A stretch of 64,000 bases of DNA from Chrysomallon squamiferum (GCA_012295275.1 CM022670.1:20274001-20338000), one strand, 5' to 3'; positions 44,634 through 61,747 are shown, numbered from the stretch's first letter. The notes: generated from the sequence alone by a model not told the origin. Program-made: numbers and translations.

Positions 44634-45433
44634 CTTTTTATACCCCACCCACTCTCCTGGGAAAACAATTTATCATGTAAGAATGCTGTCTGCATTCTAA
44701 TGTGCCTGACAACTGTGGCATATTTATCAAACACTTGTTTCAAACTGTCAAGCTCTCACACTTTTTTCTTTAAAAAAAAAAAAAAAAAAAAAAAAATTGT
44801 AGAGAAGAATACATTATTTTTTCAGATGGTGTCATGAAGTGTGTACAGAAATTAATGGGAAGTTCACATCTAAAGTAAATATGGATAACAAAGCACCTTG
44901 GTGAAAATTATTTAACAGGCTCTTGCATATGCATGTATATAAATATGCATATATTTATACATATACAAACACACATACATATATATATATATATATAAAT
45001 ACATACAAAATATATATATATATACACATACATACAAAATACAAGCATGTAAAATACATATACATAAAGTCATCAAAATAGGTGTCTAAACATACACATA
45101 CATATATGCACACAAACAGATACATGCATTCTCACAGAAACATTAACACAAAAACAAGTATATAATACACATAATTATATAAACACATACAAATATATAC
45201 ATACATACATGACACTGACACACACACAGAAAAACACATATTCGCTATCAAATCATTGATCATCCATCCATTATTTCACCGAGTAGTCAGTCAGCCATGA
45301 ATACATACACATATTAATATTCATTTATACAAACAAATATATACATGTGTGTCTCTCTGTGTCTGTGTCTGTGTCTGTGTCTGTGTATGTCTTTATGTTA
45401 ATTAATTAACTTTTTGTTTTTCTCAGTTACTTA

Positions 45434-46412
<979 letters not shown>

Positions 46413-48511
46413 ACAGCTTTACTTGAGTGACAAAATACCAATACAAAAATTTAAATAAGGGTAAAAAAAACATAATAATAATAATTTACAAAACTCTTGG
46501 TCAACTACATATAAGTATCAAATAAAACAATCCCCAAAGTATCAGTCACATATACATATATACTTATAGTAATTTGTGAATATGTAATTATGTATATATA
46601 TGTGTGTGTTTACATCTGTACATTTGTTTGCATTTGCTTTTAAAGGAAAATTGCCTTAACTTAACCCACAGACATTACTGAAAAAAAAAAATTCCACACA
46701 GAACGTTAACAGAATGCCAAAACCAGATTTGGCTTCATTGAAAGAAATCATCATGTTTGTTTTCACAGTGAAATCAAGGCATAAGCATTTATTTGTTGGG
46801 GGTCTTTGTTTTGAGTGGAGAGTGTCTGCTTCATGAAAACACTTACACATTTGTTTATGAACAAAGCCCTGTGGATATAGGTTGCCAGCATTAAGTTGCA
46901 CAACACAGACTTTCTTCAAGATAGGCTTTGGTCTCCAAGACTATACAGGTTCTGGAGGGTGAGGATAATTTTACATCTTACATAATAGGTGGGTCAGACA
47001 AAACAGATCATCATAAAAGTATGGAGGTCATTAATCTTTTTATGTTAAAAATAAATATATCAAACGTATTAGATTGTAAAACACAAATGGCTTGTGATGA
47101 TACTTTGGAAGGTTATCAAGACAGCATCTGTAATGTAGAAAATAGTATAATATTTCAAAATGAACACTTTCTTATTTCCAGAATTTGTTTCGTAGACAGA
47201 GATTTTGGTTCTGTATTGCCTAATCTTTTGTGATCAATTATAGAGTGTGTATGTGTGTTTTTGTCACTGTGTCTGATCATAAGATACAGACAATATTTTC
47301 AAAAATTAATTAAATAATGATTTTGGCATCAAGAGAGGTTTAAAAACTGAGAAAACTGGGAAAATGAAGACTGAGAAAAACAAAAAACAAAACAAAATTA
47401 AAGAAAGAAAGAGAAAGAAATTCACTGTGGTCAGAGATGGAGAGAGAAATCAAAAGTTATTGGCAGAGAGATATAGAAAGAAGTATTACAAATGTATTGT
47501 AAGAGAAAGAAAAATGAAAGTGACAAGTGTCAAAGACAGAAACACAATAGAGAAGGTGCAGTGATAAAATTAATATGCTGTTATAAATATTTAAATATTT
47601 TATTTTTTGTAATTAAACAGACAAATCAGAATATTATTAACTTAATAGTTTTCACATTATTTTGCAACATCAATCAACCAACAACCGTTTAAAAAAGCTG
47701 ATTTTCATCAAAGGTTTAAGCATGTTTGTCATAGGCACTTTTTTAATTTGTAAATCATGAGTCCAATTAATCTTTGTCAATCAGTATTTACATCAGTATA
47801 TTACAACATTAGAGAAGAGATGATATATTGGTCTGACACTTTCTAGGATTAGATCAGGGTAGAGATTATAATCTATTAATTTCTAATCTTAAGAATCCAG
47901 ACCCTGGCTCAATAACAAACACTGGTGGAAGTGTCATTGGTCACTGGATCAAACATCAACATGGGCATATTAGATCATTTCCTGGTCTGAGTGATTTATC
48001 AAAGTTCACATGTTTTTACTGACTGATCATTAACAATATTAACAGCTTTAAATTAATATAAATGTATATATATATAATCACTAGAATGTATTAATAAAAA
48101 AACAAAAATAAATATTTGTTAATTTCTTTTTTCCCTATCTTGAGTCCAAAAACTAAACAACCGTAACACTTGGGCTGGTACGTAATTTCTGTATATTATT
48201 TCCATACTTCAAAAATCTTCTCCTCCCAGTTCCCACATCTTTGATGTCCAAAGTTTGATACCTACAAGTGTGCTACCAAGTTCGTCACTGTTGAGCTATC
48301 TGAAATTCTGCACTTCTCTGTGTGGGGTAATGTGGTAATTAAACATGTGATGCATGTTGCTTAGTTCACACTTATTGCACCTGACAAGCTACTTTGGTGG
48401 AAGAGCTCTTCATGGGGAGATAAGCTGATTTACGGCAGATACAACTGGCCCACTTATCCAGAATTTATTGATGTCAGAAGAAGAAGAAAAAAAAAAATAT
48501 AGAAGAAACAG

Positions 48512-48542
<31 letters not shown>

Positions 48543-49049
48543 GATAGAAAAAAAAGAACCAATAGAAAGAAAAAGAATGGAAAAAAAAGGAAAGTAAATT
48601 AAATTAAAAATATGAGAAAAGAGAAAACAACCAATTAAAATCTATCTATTTATCTATCTATATATAAATAAAAGAAAAAAATAATTTATTTTTATTTTTT
48701 ACAATAAATTAAGTGTTTCTCACATGCTTGAACTATTTTGATTTAGCAAAATATCAGAAATTTAACACACCAAAACTTTTATAGCTCTTGAAGTGAACTG
48801 GTTCATAACTGGGAGGAGGGAGAACAGAACCAAGTTGTTATAAAGAGAAGAATGTATTTGATGTTTTAACCCCAAAAAAATCTCCAACTGACAATCAAAA
48901 CTGGGTTTAACCAGAAAGGGATGTTGATAAAGTAGCCATAAAACAAATAAACAAACACAATGATGAAAATATACAACAAACCTGTAATCTGTGTTGATAT
49001 ATGGTTTAGTGAATCAATATAAATTTTGTTATCCTTTTTTTTTAAATTA

Positions 49050-49680
49050 AATATTACACCCACAGTTCCATTAGTAGTAATAATGTTACTAAATTCATAA
49101 GAAATGTCAGTAATAAAAATATTACATTAATGAAAATAAATTATTTTTTTCTGCTGTTATAACACACATATTAAAATGTAGTCTAATATAAATTTAGAAT
49201 TTTTTTTTAAAACAAAAAACTAAAAAGTCACACTCATAATTTTATTATGTAAAAAATGCATAACTAATGTCAGTAATAAAAAATAATATAATGGCAATAA
49301 ATAAAAGAAACATTTACTTTACTGTTGTTTTCAAACATACATTAAAATGAAAATAGGAAATGCATTATTTAAAGAACAAATATAAATCTTGAATTTATTT
49401 TTTAAAAAGGAAACAAATGTCACACTCAAACTTTTATTATTAGTAATAACATAAGAATATATAAGAAATGTCAGTAATAAAAAATTTAAATTAATGATAA
49501 TAAATAACAAATATAGATTAAAAATGATACAAGCAATACATGTGATGTGTTTTTATTTTTAAGTTTGACATTTTAAAAACAAAAAGGGGAAATTAAATGC
49601 CATACCCACAGTTTTATTATTAGTAGTGATATAAAATTATGTAACATAAATTTATATTAATGATAATAAATAAAAAAAAA
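49050..49680. repeat. Degenerate ~170-190 bp tandem repeat, four copies
   Basis: Recurring cac(a/c)c(t/a)ca...tt(a)ttagta...aatgtcagtaataaaaa block starting near 49056, 49228, 49419 and 49601 (the last copy lacks the aatgtcag part). Confidence 0.7.
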
Positions 49681-51354
49681 TACATTTTTGTAGTCACGTT
49701 TAGTGAAATATGGCCTAAGAAATAAAATGAGAAAAATGCAACACAAAAACATGCTGCTAATGTTCACATCTGAATTTGCGGTGATAGGAATTCTGCAGAG
49801 ACAATGACAATAAATCTAGCATCATAAGCTGTAGGTGGACACAAAGCAAATACACTGGGTTATAACAGAGACTGTGGGAGCAGACTCAAAGGTTATCCCT
49901 GCCTACTCAAGACTGTTAAATAAACGAGACTGATTGTGAAATGTCATTTTGTTCAATTTGATGATGAAGAAAAAATAACTGCATTATTCCAAAATGTTAA
50001 TTGCTGAAGATCAAAACTGTTATTACTGGTACAAATAAAAGTAACAGTAACTGCAGTAATGGTAGTAGTGATTGTAGTGGTATTAGTGATAATAGTAGGA
50101 ACAGTTGTAATAGTAGTGACAGTACCAGTATTTAGTAGCAGTAGTAATTGTATTATCATTATTCTTATTGTTAGTAATAGTATTGCTAGTAGTCTTAGAA
50201 TATATAGTAGTAGTAATAATAATAATATTAATAGCAAAATTTATATAGTACAATATAATAATGTTAGTAGAAGTATATGTAATTACAGTCTATATGCATT
50301 TTATAACTTATAAATTTCTTCCTAGCAATAAACCTTCCATAGCATAAAGTATGACAACAATAATAAAAAATTGATTTTGACAATGTATGGAGGATGACAT
50401 TTTTACTGTATTTTTATTTATTTATTTATATTTTTATTTTTTCAAATAATTTCATACACTGAATTATAAAACAAACACTGACTGGCTTATTTATTTATTT
50501 GGAATATTTTATATTTCTGAAACAAGGAATTACATCAAATTGTACAACAATAAAAACAGCAGCCTCTATGACTTCCTATTTCATCATCACACTTTATTTT
50601 TAGGAAAGGCTGGTGTTCGCTCTTAAATAAACCAAATATCATATATGCCTACTGAAGAGTGCACTGTGTATTTTGTATAATTAGTCTGTATTACAGAAGA
50701 ACATTAAAATTAAGCCTGGAACTGCTGGCATACAGTAAAATATGATAATAGAAAATGGCCTGCAGTGTAATGAGAAGGAGATGGAGAGTGACAGGGTGTG
50801 TCTGATAAGCTGTGTGTAACATGGAGAGAAATCCACACAGTCTCAGCTGACAGAAGAAAGCAAATTGTTTCCTGCAGATCATCACAAGCAAGTCTTATCT
50901 TGACACCAAGAATTTCTTTGAGCCCATAGTCAGGTCATAGATTCCTAACTGATTCACACCATTACCAGTTTGTTTTGAGAAGAAAATCAACATTCAACAT
51001 TCTGTGGCAAAATTGAACAAGACAAATACATATATTTATATATATATCTGTAATAAGCAAGACTGTTATTTTGTTAATTAGATGATGAAGAAAGAATAAC
51101 TGCATCATTCTATATTGTTTTAAATTTTGGTTATTTATTTACTTATTTCACTTTTTTTTTTTTTTAATATTTACTATTCCTTTTTTCAAAAATAAACAAA
51201 ATCATAGATGAATGAATGTGTGGATGAGTTATTCCTTTAATCATTGAAAGGATGGATATATATATATAAAGATCTGTTATATGATATAAAAAATAAAATA
51301 TTTTATCTCTCAAAGACACCTAACAAGTTAATGTAATAGTGAAGAAAATGGTAT

Positions 51355-51690
51355 CCTGGTTAGACTGAAAAAACAACAACTGAAAAACAAATGCTAATAA
51401 GAAAGTTAAAAATGATGATACACCAAAGTTCATAACACTGGCACTGGGAAATAGCTCAGATTAACAAGAAACTGAACACTAATGAAAGACTGAAATAGAT
51501 AATGACTGGCAAATAACCAATGTTAACAACAAACTGAAAATTGATGATACGCTGAATGATACAGCAACACAGTTAGATTGGGAAATAACCAGTTTTAACA
51601 AGGAATCAAAAACTGACGATGCACTGAGAGAGATAACACGAATGGTTAGATTGGGAAATAACACATGTTAACAAGGAGCTGAAAGCTGAG
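51355..51690. repeat. Degenerate ~65-72 bp tandem repeat, 4-5 copies
   Basis: Recurring (g)gttagattgggaaataac...ttaacaag...ctga...gatg motif. Confidence 0.7.
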
Positions 51691-52554
51691 GCCAGGTGAG
51701 CAGCATTGGAGAAGGGCACGGCAATAGAAAATGACAAGCAATCAGTGAGCACTGACATGATGTACTATCTGCAAGTCTCTTATCTGCCTGATGTGCCATG
51801 TTAACCTGATAAAACACATAACTGCCGTGCTTACAGTAAAAACCAACATAACTTCACCAAGACAGAGGAGAAAATGAGTTTCACAATAAATCTTCTGTGA
51901 CGACATATTTTGCATTGCTAATCACAAACATGACAAACTGAATATACAAAGCATAGCGAGAAAAAAGAGTGAGAGTGAAAAAAGCTAAGTAAGTGAATAT
52001 TGTGTAAAGTGAAAAGCTGTCATCTTTCATTATGATATTGAGTAATGTTTTTGAGTGACAAATTACCTTCAGATCTGTTCCCATATTTCTGAAATTATTA
52101 TTGCACCTAAACAAACATAGTTTAAGAACCTACTTAGAGCTTGCTACATAAATAATTGGAAATGATGTATGCATGAAATGAAGGTATGCAGATGGATAGA
52201 CTCCATTAGCTGGCACTTTTTATATATATATATATATGCTTTTTTTCTGTGTTTTAAAAATTATTTTCATCTTAATGTGTATGACACTCTCCTCACAGTT
52301 TTACAGAAATAAAATTTAACATCAGGCAAAGAAAAGTATATTTCTGTGTAAGAAAGACATGGCAAAGGTTTGAGGATACAGTTAATTCAGGTATGATGTC
52401 TTCTAAAGCCAATCAAATAAGCCTTCCACAGGCAGAGTTCTTCATTGTTATATATAATACATTGAACTGTTACTTATAAATATACAATTTTAAGAAAGTT
52501 CAAAAGATTTCAACACGAGTCCATTATTTCCAAAATGTAAAAAACATTAGCAAG

Positions 52555-52589
<35 letters not shown>

Positions 52590-55399
52590 ACAAATGTATA
52601 AATAATAATTAAAGTTATAATAGTAATAATAAGTAATAGTAATGATAATTAATATTATTATTTCAAAAATAAAACAAATATTAAAATATCAGTGAAAAAA
52701 AATAAAATATAAACAATAATAATAACAACAATGAAAATTAGAATTTCAAACAGTTTTTGTTATTATTGTCTTTAACTTAAACAACAACAACAACAATAAT
52801 GAAAAATTAACCTCAGTAAAAAATAAGATTTCCAAAAACAAGCTGACAGACAAAAATCGCATTGTGTAATTTGACATGAATAATCAATTTGTACAAATGA
52901 CTTTATCAAAGTCTTCCAACTAATCAAAATGATGAAATGACCTCGCCAACTTCCGCACAATCTTCACAACATTACTACAAATTGAAATCTGACATTATGC
53001 GAACCTCTTCCCTAGGCCTAAGCAATTTTCTACGGCAACAACACTTCCTAGAAACAGCTTCTGGATAATTAACTGAGGCGTGGTCTCGTGTTACCAGGCT
53101 TGTAAGCACACTTGTTTGTTTCCCAAGTCCAAGTTCGATAAACCATTCAGTGTTGAAGTAATGTCTTAGGAGATTTAATTTGTTTTTGGATTAGCAAAAA
53201 AAAAAAAAAAAGAAGATTTTTAACATGTTAGTGAAATGACAATGAAATTTGAAATAAAGAAAAATTAAATGAAAAACTGAAATAAAGTATAAGAAAATGA
53301 TAACTGAAGTAAAGAAAATAAAAAATGAAATAAAGCAAAATAAAATAAAAATGAAACAAAGTGAAATAAAATGAAAATTTTAACAAAGCAAAAATGAAAT
53401 GAAAATGAAATTAAAATTATATAAAATAAAATTAAAATAAGGTAAAATCAGTAGCACTATTTATCTTATCATTTATTTTATTATTTAATTTAATTTATTT
53501 CTCGCTGTAATTATTTACAAATTTAACCACATCAAAAGTTTCAGACTAAAATCTTCAACAGATGAAAAAGAAACACAAAAGAAAAGAAAAACAATGTAAT
53601 TATTTCCCTGCCATTGCTAATCATGAAGCTGATGTTGTGAAAAGAAGGTGGTCTTGTCAATTAATGTCACCCATTCATCTCTCCCAGCATCATTACAGTT
53701 CTCTGTTAATCCATGCAGACAATGGCAATATGTAGAGTTCAGTTTATTTTTGGGCAAGTCATATCTAATCATGAATATGGATGATCCATTACTAGTAGAC
53801 TGAGACTTGTATATGCATGACAGTCATCAAGTAAGAAGCCACAGACCCATTTAAAGTACAGCATATAATAATTTATAACTGTTGTTGTTATTATAGCTGT
53901 TACAGTTATTATTATTATTATTATTAATATTATTATGATAATATTTACTAATTATTATTATATGATTATTATTTTTATTATTATTTTTTTATTAATGTAA
54001 GCACACACAGATAATAAAATTTCTTAATATTCTATAATAATATTATTTGCATTTTTTAATCCTTTTGAAACAGATTAATTATTTCATTTAAGATAATTAC
54101 GATTTTTTCACTATTAAATAAAATAATTAGACAAAAATACATAAAAAGTATATTAATAAAAATATTAAATATCATTTTGAATTATAAATATGCTGCATGT
54201 GTATGTATGCGTGTATATAGATATAGATTATATAATATTTATCTACCATTCTGGGATTGGCTGACTACAAATTTTTATTTAAAGAAAATAATTAAATATT
54301 AAAGTGTATTTTATATAAATAGGAGTAATACGAAGATTTATAAAAATCTGAAGAAAATGTTTTCATATCTTTTAACTTTGGTAAATTTAGACTAAAATTG
54401 AATACGTTTATTCAAAAATATATAAATCTTATTATTTAATATTAATTTTTACCCCCCCCATACACTAGGATGTCAAGAATTCATAACAAAATATCCACAT
54501 GTTTCTAAAATAAATTAACAACATATTATATCGAATATTTTTGCTTTATCACAACTGACATTAAAACTACCACAGTGTAATAATTTAGTTCACAGCTGAA
54601 ATTGATCAGAAGCTCAATAAAATATTTAAACCAAAAAAAAAAATAAAAAAAATAAAATCATAACCAATGAACCAAAAGATCTATGGTGATTTTTATGTTT
54701 ACAAACAAACAAACAAACAAAAAAAAGGGATACACTAAATTAAAGTATCATCAATGTTTGATGAAAGATGAAACAAAAACATTTTTAAAATGTGGATTGT
54801 TTCGTATCTTGTATATATATTTATGTAGGTAGGTATGTAGGTAGGTGAATATGTATGTATGTTTTAATGTATGAATGCATGTATATTTGTATGTATGTTT
54901 ATAAATATAAACGAAGGTTTGTAAATATAAATATAAATGTAAATGTGTGTGTATGTGAGTGTATATATAGATAAATATAAATCTCTCTGTAGCACTATAT
55001 ATGAAAAAAGGAGATACAAAACATATACATTGTTACATACACACTCACACAATTAATAGAACAGAATAAATAATAAATAAATAAAGAATAAGGAATAAAA
55101 ATAAATATATGTTATTTTTTGTTTTTTTTCATATGCTCAAGAGAACAAAATCCATTATGAATAAAAGCAAACCAATTAATAATGATTTTATCTCAAGAAC
55201 CTACACACCTATCTCATCTGTGCAGGTGTGTGATATATAGAACAGATAATTGATTATTTGTTGTCAGTGAAATCCCTAAACACAGATGTGTTTGTTTTTT
55301 TATCTGACTTAGTGTAACACAAAACACTGCCTCTGTGCTGCGTAAGTTTTTAGATGAGACATCACTTTTATGTGGCTCCAGGGAGACATTCATCACAAA

Positions 55400-56200
55400 C
55401 AGGTAGAGGTGAAAAATATTGGTCATATCCAGGTAAATTAGGGATTCATTTGATATATACAGATACATACAGAAAATATTGGTTATATCCAGATACACTT
55501 AGCAACAGTCTGTCATATGCAGGTAAATCAGGGAAACATATAGATAAATATGGAAAATATTTGTCATATACAGTAAAGCATGGAGACATTTGTTATACTG
55601 CAGATGAATCTGGAAAATATTTGTCATATACAGTAAAGCATGGAGACATTTGTTATATTGCAGATAAATCTGGAAAATATTTGTCATATACAGTAAAGCA
55701 TGGAGACATTTGTTATATTGCAGATAAATCTGGAAAATATTTGTCATATACAGTAAAGCATGGAGACATTTGTTATATTGCAGATAAATCTGGAAAATAT
55801 TTGTCATATACAGTAAAGCATGGAGACATTTGTTATATTGCAGATAAATCTGGAAAATATTTGTCATATACAGTAAAGCATGGAGACATTTGTTATATGC
55901 AGATAAATCTGGAAAATATTTGTCATATACAGTAAAGCATGGAGACATTTGTTATATTGCAGATAAATCTGGAAAATATTTGGTACATATAGATAAATTT
56001 TGAAAATATTTGTCATATAAGTAAAGTTGGAAGACAATAGTTATATGCAGATAAATTTAGAAACTATTTGTCATGTACCAATAAATCAAGGAAAAATTTG
56101 TTCCATGAAGATAAATTTGGAAAATATATAGGTAAATAATAGAAACATTTGTTACATATACACATAAATTTAGAAAATATTTGTCATATATAGGTAAATC
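55400..56200. repeat. Intronic minisatellite: ~7 near-identical 60-bp units (about 55545-55985) within degenerate ~30-bp monomers
   Basis: Consecutive 60-nt lines read ttgtcatatacagtaaagcatggagacatttgttatattgcagataaatctggaaaatat. The two halves of the unit resemble each other, and the flanks carry diverged monomers. Confidence 0.95.
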
Positions 56201-56631
56201 ATGGTTTGCAATTTAATGTTATCATTAGGCACAGGTAGATATAACACCTTTATGCAGGTAATGATAAAGAAACTTGTAGAAAATATTGATCATAAATATG
56301 TAGTCATAATGAAACAGTAATAATATATATAAATTTATTATGCACAGATGGAAATAGACACATGTTCAGCAATTATCGGTAACAACAAAAACATCACTAT
56401 TTTTTTTTTAAATCTATATTTCATTATTTTCATCATTTTATCACTTTCATCCAACAGTAAAACAAACAGATACAAGTTTCCTGTGCATTAACTAAATTGT
56501 GTAATGTGTCTGTTCCTAATTTATTGCCACAAAATACTTTCTGATAATTATTCATGCAGCTAAAAGTAATGTAGTTATGCAATGAAGCTTTCAATATTTT
56601 CATGTCCCAGAGAATCATTAGAATAAAATGT

Positions 56632-56665
<34 letters not shown>

Positions 56666-56870
56666 GTAGTAGTAGAAGTAGTAGTACTAGTCATAGTAGT
56701 AGTAATAATAATAGTTATAGTGTGTTGTGGTAGTGGTGCTTGTAGTAGTAGTAGCAGTTGTAAAACTAAAATTAACAATGATAATAATAACAATAATCTA
56801 ACAGGATGAAGAAGAAGAAAAAGAAAACAGCAATAATAATAAATGTTTTATAATAATAATGTTAGCTTAC

Positions 56871-57052
56871 TGTTAATTCAAGTTCATCACTGCCTTCATT
56901 TTTTATTGCAAATGGCCACCATCCTTTCACCCTCTTTTGCTTGAAGAGTGACATTTGGGGGACAGAACCATCAGTTTTCAGCATATCTAGTGTGCAGTGC
57001 TTGGCTGACTTTGCAGCACGAGGAAATCGGTTCAAATCCAGAGTCAATGATC
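56871..57052 (-). CDS. otof: Otoferlin-like exon, 182 nt: [60 protein letters not shown]
   Basis: tatttcAG acceptor and GTaagc donor, phase 1/0. [14 protein letters not shown] and [11 protein letters not shown] match otoferlin. Confidence 0.95.
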
Positions 57053-58293
57053 CTGAAATATTTCATCATCATCATAATCATCATTATTATTATCATCACT
57101 GTTGTCATTAATATTATTATTTTTGTTGTTTTTATTATTGTTATCATTATCATCATTATCATTATTGTTATTAATTTTTTTAAATCAGATTGAAATAAAA
57201 ACTAATCCACTGCTCTTGATTGCTGTATTTTCATTTAGATTAGTGAAATATAAGTTAGAACAAAAGAAATAATTAATATTTATTCCCAGTTTCCATGAAA
57301 GATGTAATAATTTTTTTAACTGCTCCTGTGATAATTGGTCAATATATCTGTTGGGTTATTCACAGTCAGATCAGGCTTAATAAAAGAAATAAAAAATATA
57401 TATAGCTTAGTTCACAGAATATTATAAAAACAGTCTGACCATACAGAACCCAATGCACTCAACTTGACCTACAGCTTGTCAACATAAAAATGCAATAACT
57501 TTATTTTGAATCATCAAACAGTAGAACTTGTATCAATTGTTAATTTTTATGTTTATTTTTGTTATTTTTGTAAACTTATATTTTACACTTTCTGAACCTT
57601 TCACATGTTATTCTGATTCAACAATAACAAAAAAAAAAAAATGTTTTGTATTAACAGTTATTATACTTAATTTTGTAACAATAGTCTGACAGCAAGAACC
57701 TACTTCCACAAAAAATGGTCTGCTCTTAACAGTTAGTAGTATGACTGGTAATATTCTTTTTAAGATGAGAAAGTATATAGATTAAAAGAGCTCCAAAACA
57801 TGAGCATGGAATAGAAAATAACTCAAATATAAGGAAAAGAGTAGAATTATTATTATTCTGATGCAATAGTCATGAGTATTGGATGGAAATGGGTGTCCAA
57901 AATATTTAACCTATGGATGAAAGAGGTAATAAGAGGTAGAAAATTACAATTAAGTTCTGAATAAAACAAATGCAGACGATTTTGGTCAGTTGGATTCTAT
58001 GATATATTCTATGATTACTGAATTCCTGAGTGTCTTAATGATTATTAAAGCTTAAAATTTAAAATATTCCAAAATAAACAAAAGTCTTCAAAAAGAACAA
58101 ACCAAAACAAAAAAGCAGTAACAAAAAACCCGGATTAAAAGTGGCTTCATGTCAGATTCTGTAAGTGTAAAAAAAAAGAGTTAATTTCTGAATTAAAATT
58201 ACCAGCTAAAATTAAACACATTAAATTGTATTAAACTTAATAACCTCAAAAAAAAAAAAAAGAATCAGAAAATATTAATTGCTGAATATTTTA

Positions 58294-58515
<222 letters not shown>

Positions 58516-58725
58516 TTAATGTTTAAACATATATTAATGATTAATATGTTTAGATAAATATTAATGAGTCCAGTGAATATTCTGTTTGGTATCACATTTT
58601 TATTGCATAATGATGATATCACAGAAGAAACTTGCTACATGGAATATTCTTATCAATTAGCAGCAACAGATATTAATATCACCTTCCCACAGACAGAAAA
58701 ATACACATAATGCCTTTACAAAACA

Positions 58726-58780
<55 letters not shown>

Positions 58781-61704
58781 TAGTAATAATAATAGTAATA
58801 ATAATAAGAAGAAGCAGAAAAACAGCTTCAACAGATGTATTATTTTATTATTATTATTTTTTTTTTTAATATTATAAATACATATGGAAAACTGAAAACC
58901 TAAATAAAGGGGCAACCAGAGAGAACTGAGATATACAAACTTTGTAACAAGCACTAACACAGAAAAATGATAGGTTATAATCTTTAATGACCTGGTCAGC
59001 TGGTCACTTGATAACAAATGGTTCAGATTGAAAATACATAAAACATTTTTTAATGTAGTATCAGTGTCATTGGTCCAGGTTGAAATATATTTGAAATGAA
59101 TTTAAAATATATGATGTCCTTCTGTAATAATACACACACAAACACACACATATACACACAAACACACACAAACACACACATATACACACAAACACACACA
59201 AACACACACATACTCTTTCACTGTTTCTCACTTTCATTTACAAACACATAACATATTCAAATTTTAATAATAATAATGATAAAGAATTGTGCTTAAATGT
59301 CTTAAGGTTGTTTACAAAATTATATTTATTAAATATATAAAAATAAATTATATGAATGTTATTAACTGAAATAAAAATACCCTCCCTTTAAAAATGTTAT
59401 AATTACTATCGTTCTTTTTTTGAAAGTAATATCTATAATCTCTAAAATTCTAAACACCAAGATCTTAAGAAGTGACAAAACAAAAATATGGAAATTACAA
59501 AAAAACAACAACAAAAAACAACAAAATAAACAAAAAGTAATCAAATCAACAAAAAAGAGAAAGAAAACTAAAAAAAACCCAAATAAAAAGAATTAAAAAC
59601 CCCCACTATACCCTCAGAGATCTATAAAATAACATGACATGAAAGGGTAAGAATTTTTTCTGTACTAAATGACTGAATTGCCTTCACAATTTTCAGATCA
59701 GGTACATAAAACACACCCACCAAGAACATCATTTTCTTTTTCCTTCCTGCTTTACCTGTCCTCACATAAAAGGTGCAATATAAAATTTGCAATAAAAACA
59801 TTTCAAAAGCTTTTATATATTTTTATACTGAAAGACATGGTGTCTTTTTTTTTTCACTGAAACAGCTATTCAGCATGCAAACAAAAACAACCTTTAACTG
59901 ACAATTCACCAATACCAACTGGCACCATGATAAACACCAGTATATTTCCCATAAACACATCAATCTGTCAGAGATTCGCAGATAAGAAAAGCCATTTTTT
60001 GGCACTTTTTCGGCAATCATTGTTGGGACATTCTGGTTTCTGCAGACTGATGAAGTTAGCTACAGAAGTTTTGTGGTAAAGTCTGGTAATCCATTCACTC
60101 CCATGAGAACTCTCCTGCCAAAAGCGGTTAGGGAATTTCATGGCCCATTTGCAAGAGCAGATGAGGATGTCTTCACACACAAAGCTTCATTAGTAATGTT
60201 CAAACAATTGTCTTCTGCACATTAACCCTTTCTCCAACATCATTCTCTCTGTGTTGACCATTACCCAGGACCACACACAAATTACAGAGATTAGATTTTA
60301 GTGAAAGTGAGAATTAATGAATGAATGAATGGTATGTTTCTATACATACATACTTGTATTATGTGTATGTATGTGTGTGTTGTATTTGTTTATGTGTGTG
60401 TAAGTGAGTGTGTGTGGCATGAATATATGAATATTACATATCTATATATATGTGTGTGTGTTTGTGTTTGTATGTGTTTGTATATTTATCCTTATTTATG
60501 TGAAGAAATGAACTGAAAAAAATTGAACATATTTTTTTTTAATGTTAATTTGGCATCAAACATGTCTTGTTGGTTTGATGTTGTTTTTTGTTGTTGCAGC
60601 TTTTACGATCAGTATAAAGATTTACAGCATCAAAAGTTTAAAAATGTTTGAACTTTCAGTGACTACTGCACACAGGTAATAACACATAAACAGACATTTT
60701 ACAATTTAAGTTTAATAATATTTTACTTGTTAACAATTTTCTTTGCTTTAGATCAAATATGAATTTGGAAAAAGATTCTTCTTTTTGTTTTTCAAGTTTC
60801 CTCTTTGTTGTTTTGGTGATATTTTTGAATGTTTCAATTTATATCCACTGACATTTCTGTTTGAATTTTTAAAACAAGTTTATATTTTTTATAATTATTT
60901 TTTTCTGAAATTCTTTTCCTTTTTTTGATTTTCTCTGACAATTTCTTATCTGCTTATATCTTGACAAATATTTTAAGAAATTTATTTTTAAACATTTTAT
61001 GTTAAAATAGAAATTGTTCTCATTACAATAACATTTTTTTTTTTTTTTAATCTCTTGCTAATCAGAAATTTGATTTTGATAAAAAAAATATTTTTGTCAA
61101 AATTACAACATGACTTTAAAAAAAAGAGTTTGATATTTCACCCAGGATTGAAGACAGTGTGGATAATAATGAAATTTTTTCATAACTGGTATTTATTATT
61201 TTAAAGAAAACATATAAAACTATTAAAAAAATATACCTTTAATTCAGACTGCAAATGAATCATTTTTTTACAACTGGGTATGTAAAGAGAGAAAGAGAGA
61301 GAAAGACAATAAATAAATAAATAAATAAACAATTTAGAAATCACAGAAATACATAAAATAAAGTAAAATAAAATGTTTAATTAAAATAATTATATGGGGC
61401 AATATTTTCATAGACAAATGCTCACACTTGTTGCTCCAAAATATAGAGTGATTTGTGCTTTTGGAATCTCAAAACAACAAAACAACAGTAAAAATTTAAA
61501 TAAAATAAAATACAGTTTCTGATTTTCTAAATTAAATGAAGTAAAAAGAAAACTAATCAAATAAATGAAATTAAAATAAAAAAATAATTAAAAAAACGAA
61601 GTAAAATTTTTAAAAATAGGAAATAAAAAGGAAATAAAATAAAATAAAAACCTAATTTAAAAAAAGAAAAAACTGAAAAAAACCCCACAAAACCACCACC
61701 AATC

Positions 61705-61747
<43 letters not shown>

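Noticed and set aside
55354-55948. 193-aa and 149-aa repetitive ORFs on both strands
   Set aside because: By-products of a stop-free 60-bp minisatellite. The frame breaks at a 1-nt deletion and there is no splice or homology support.
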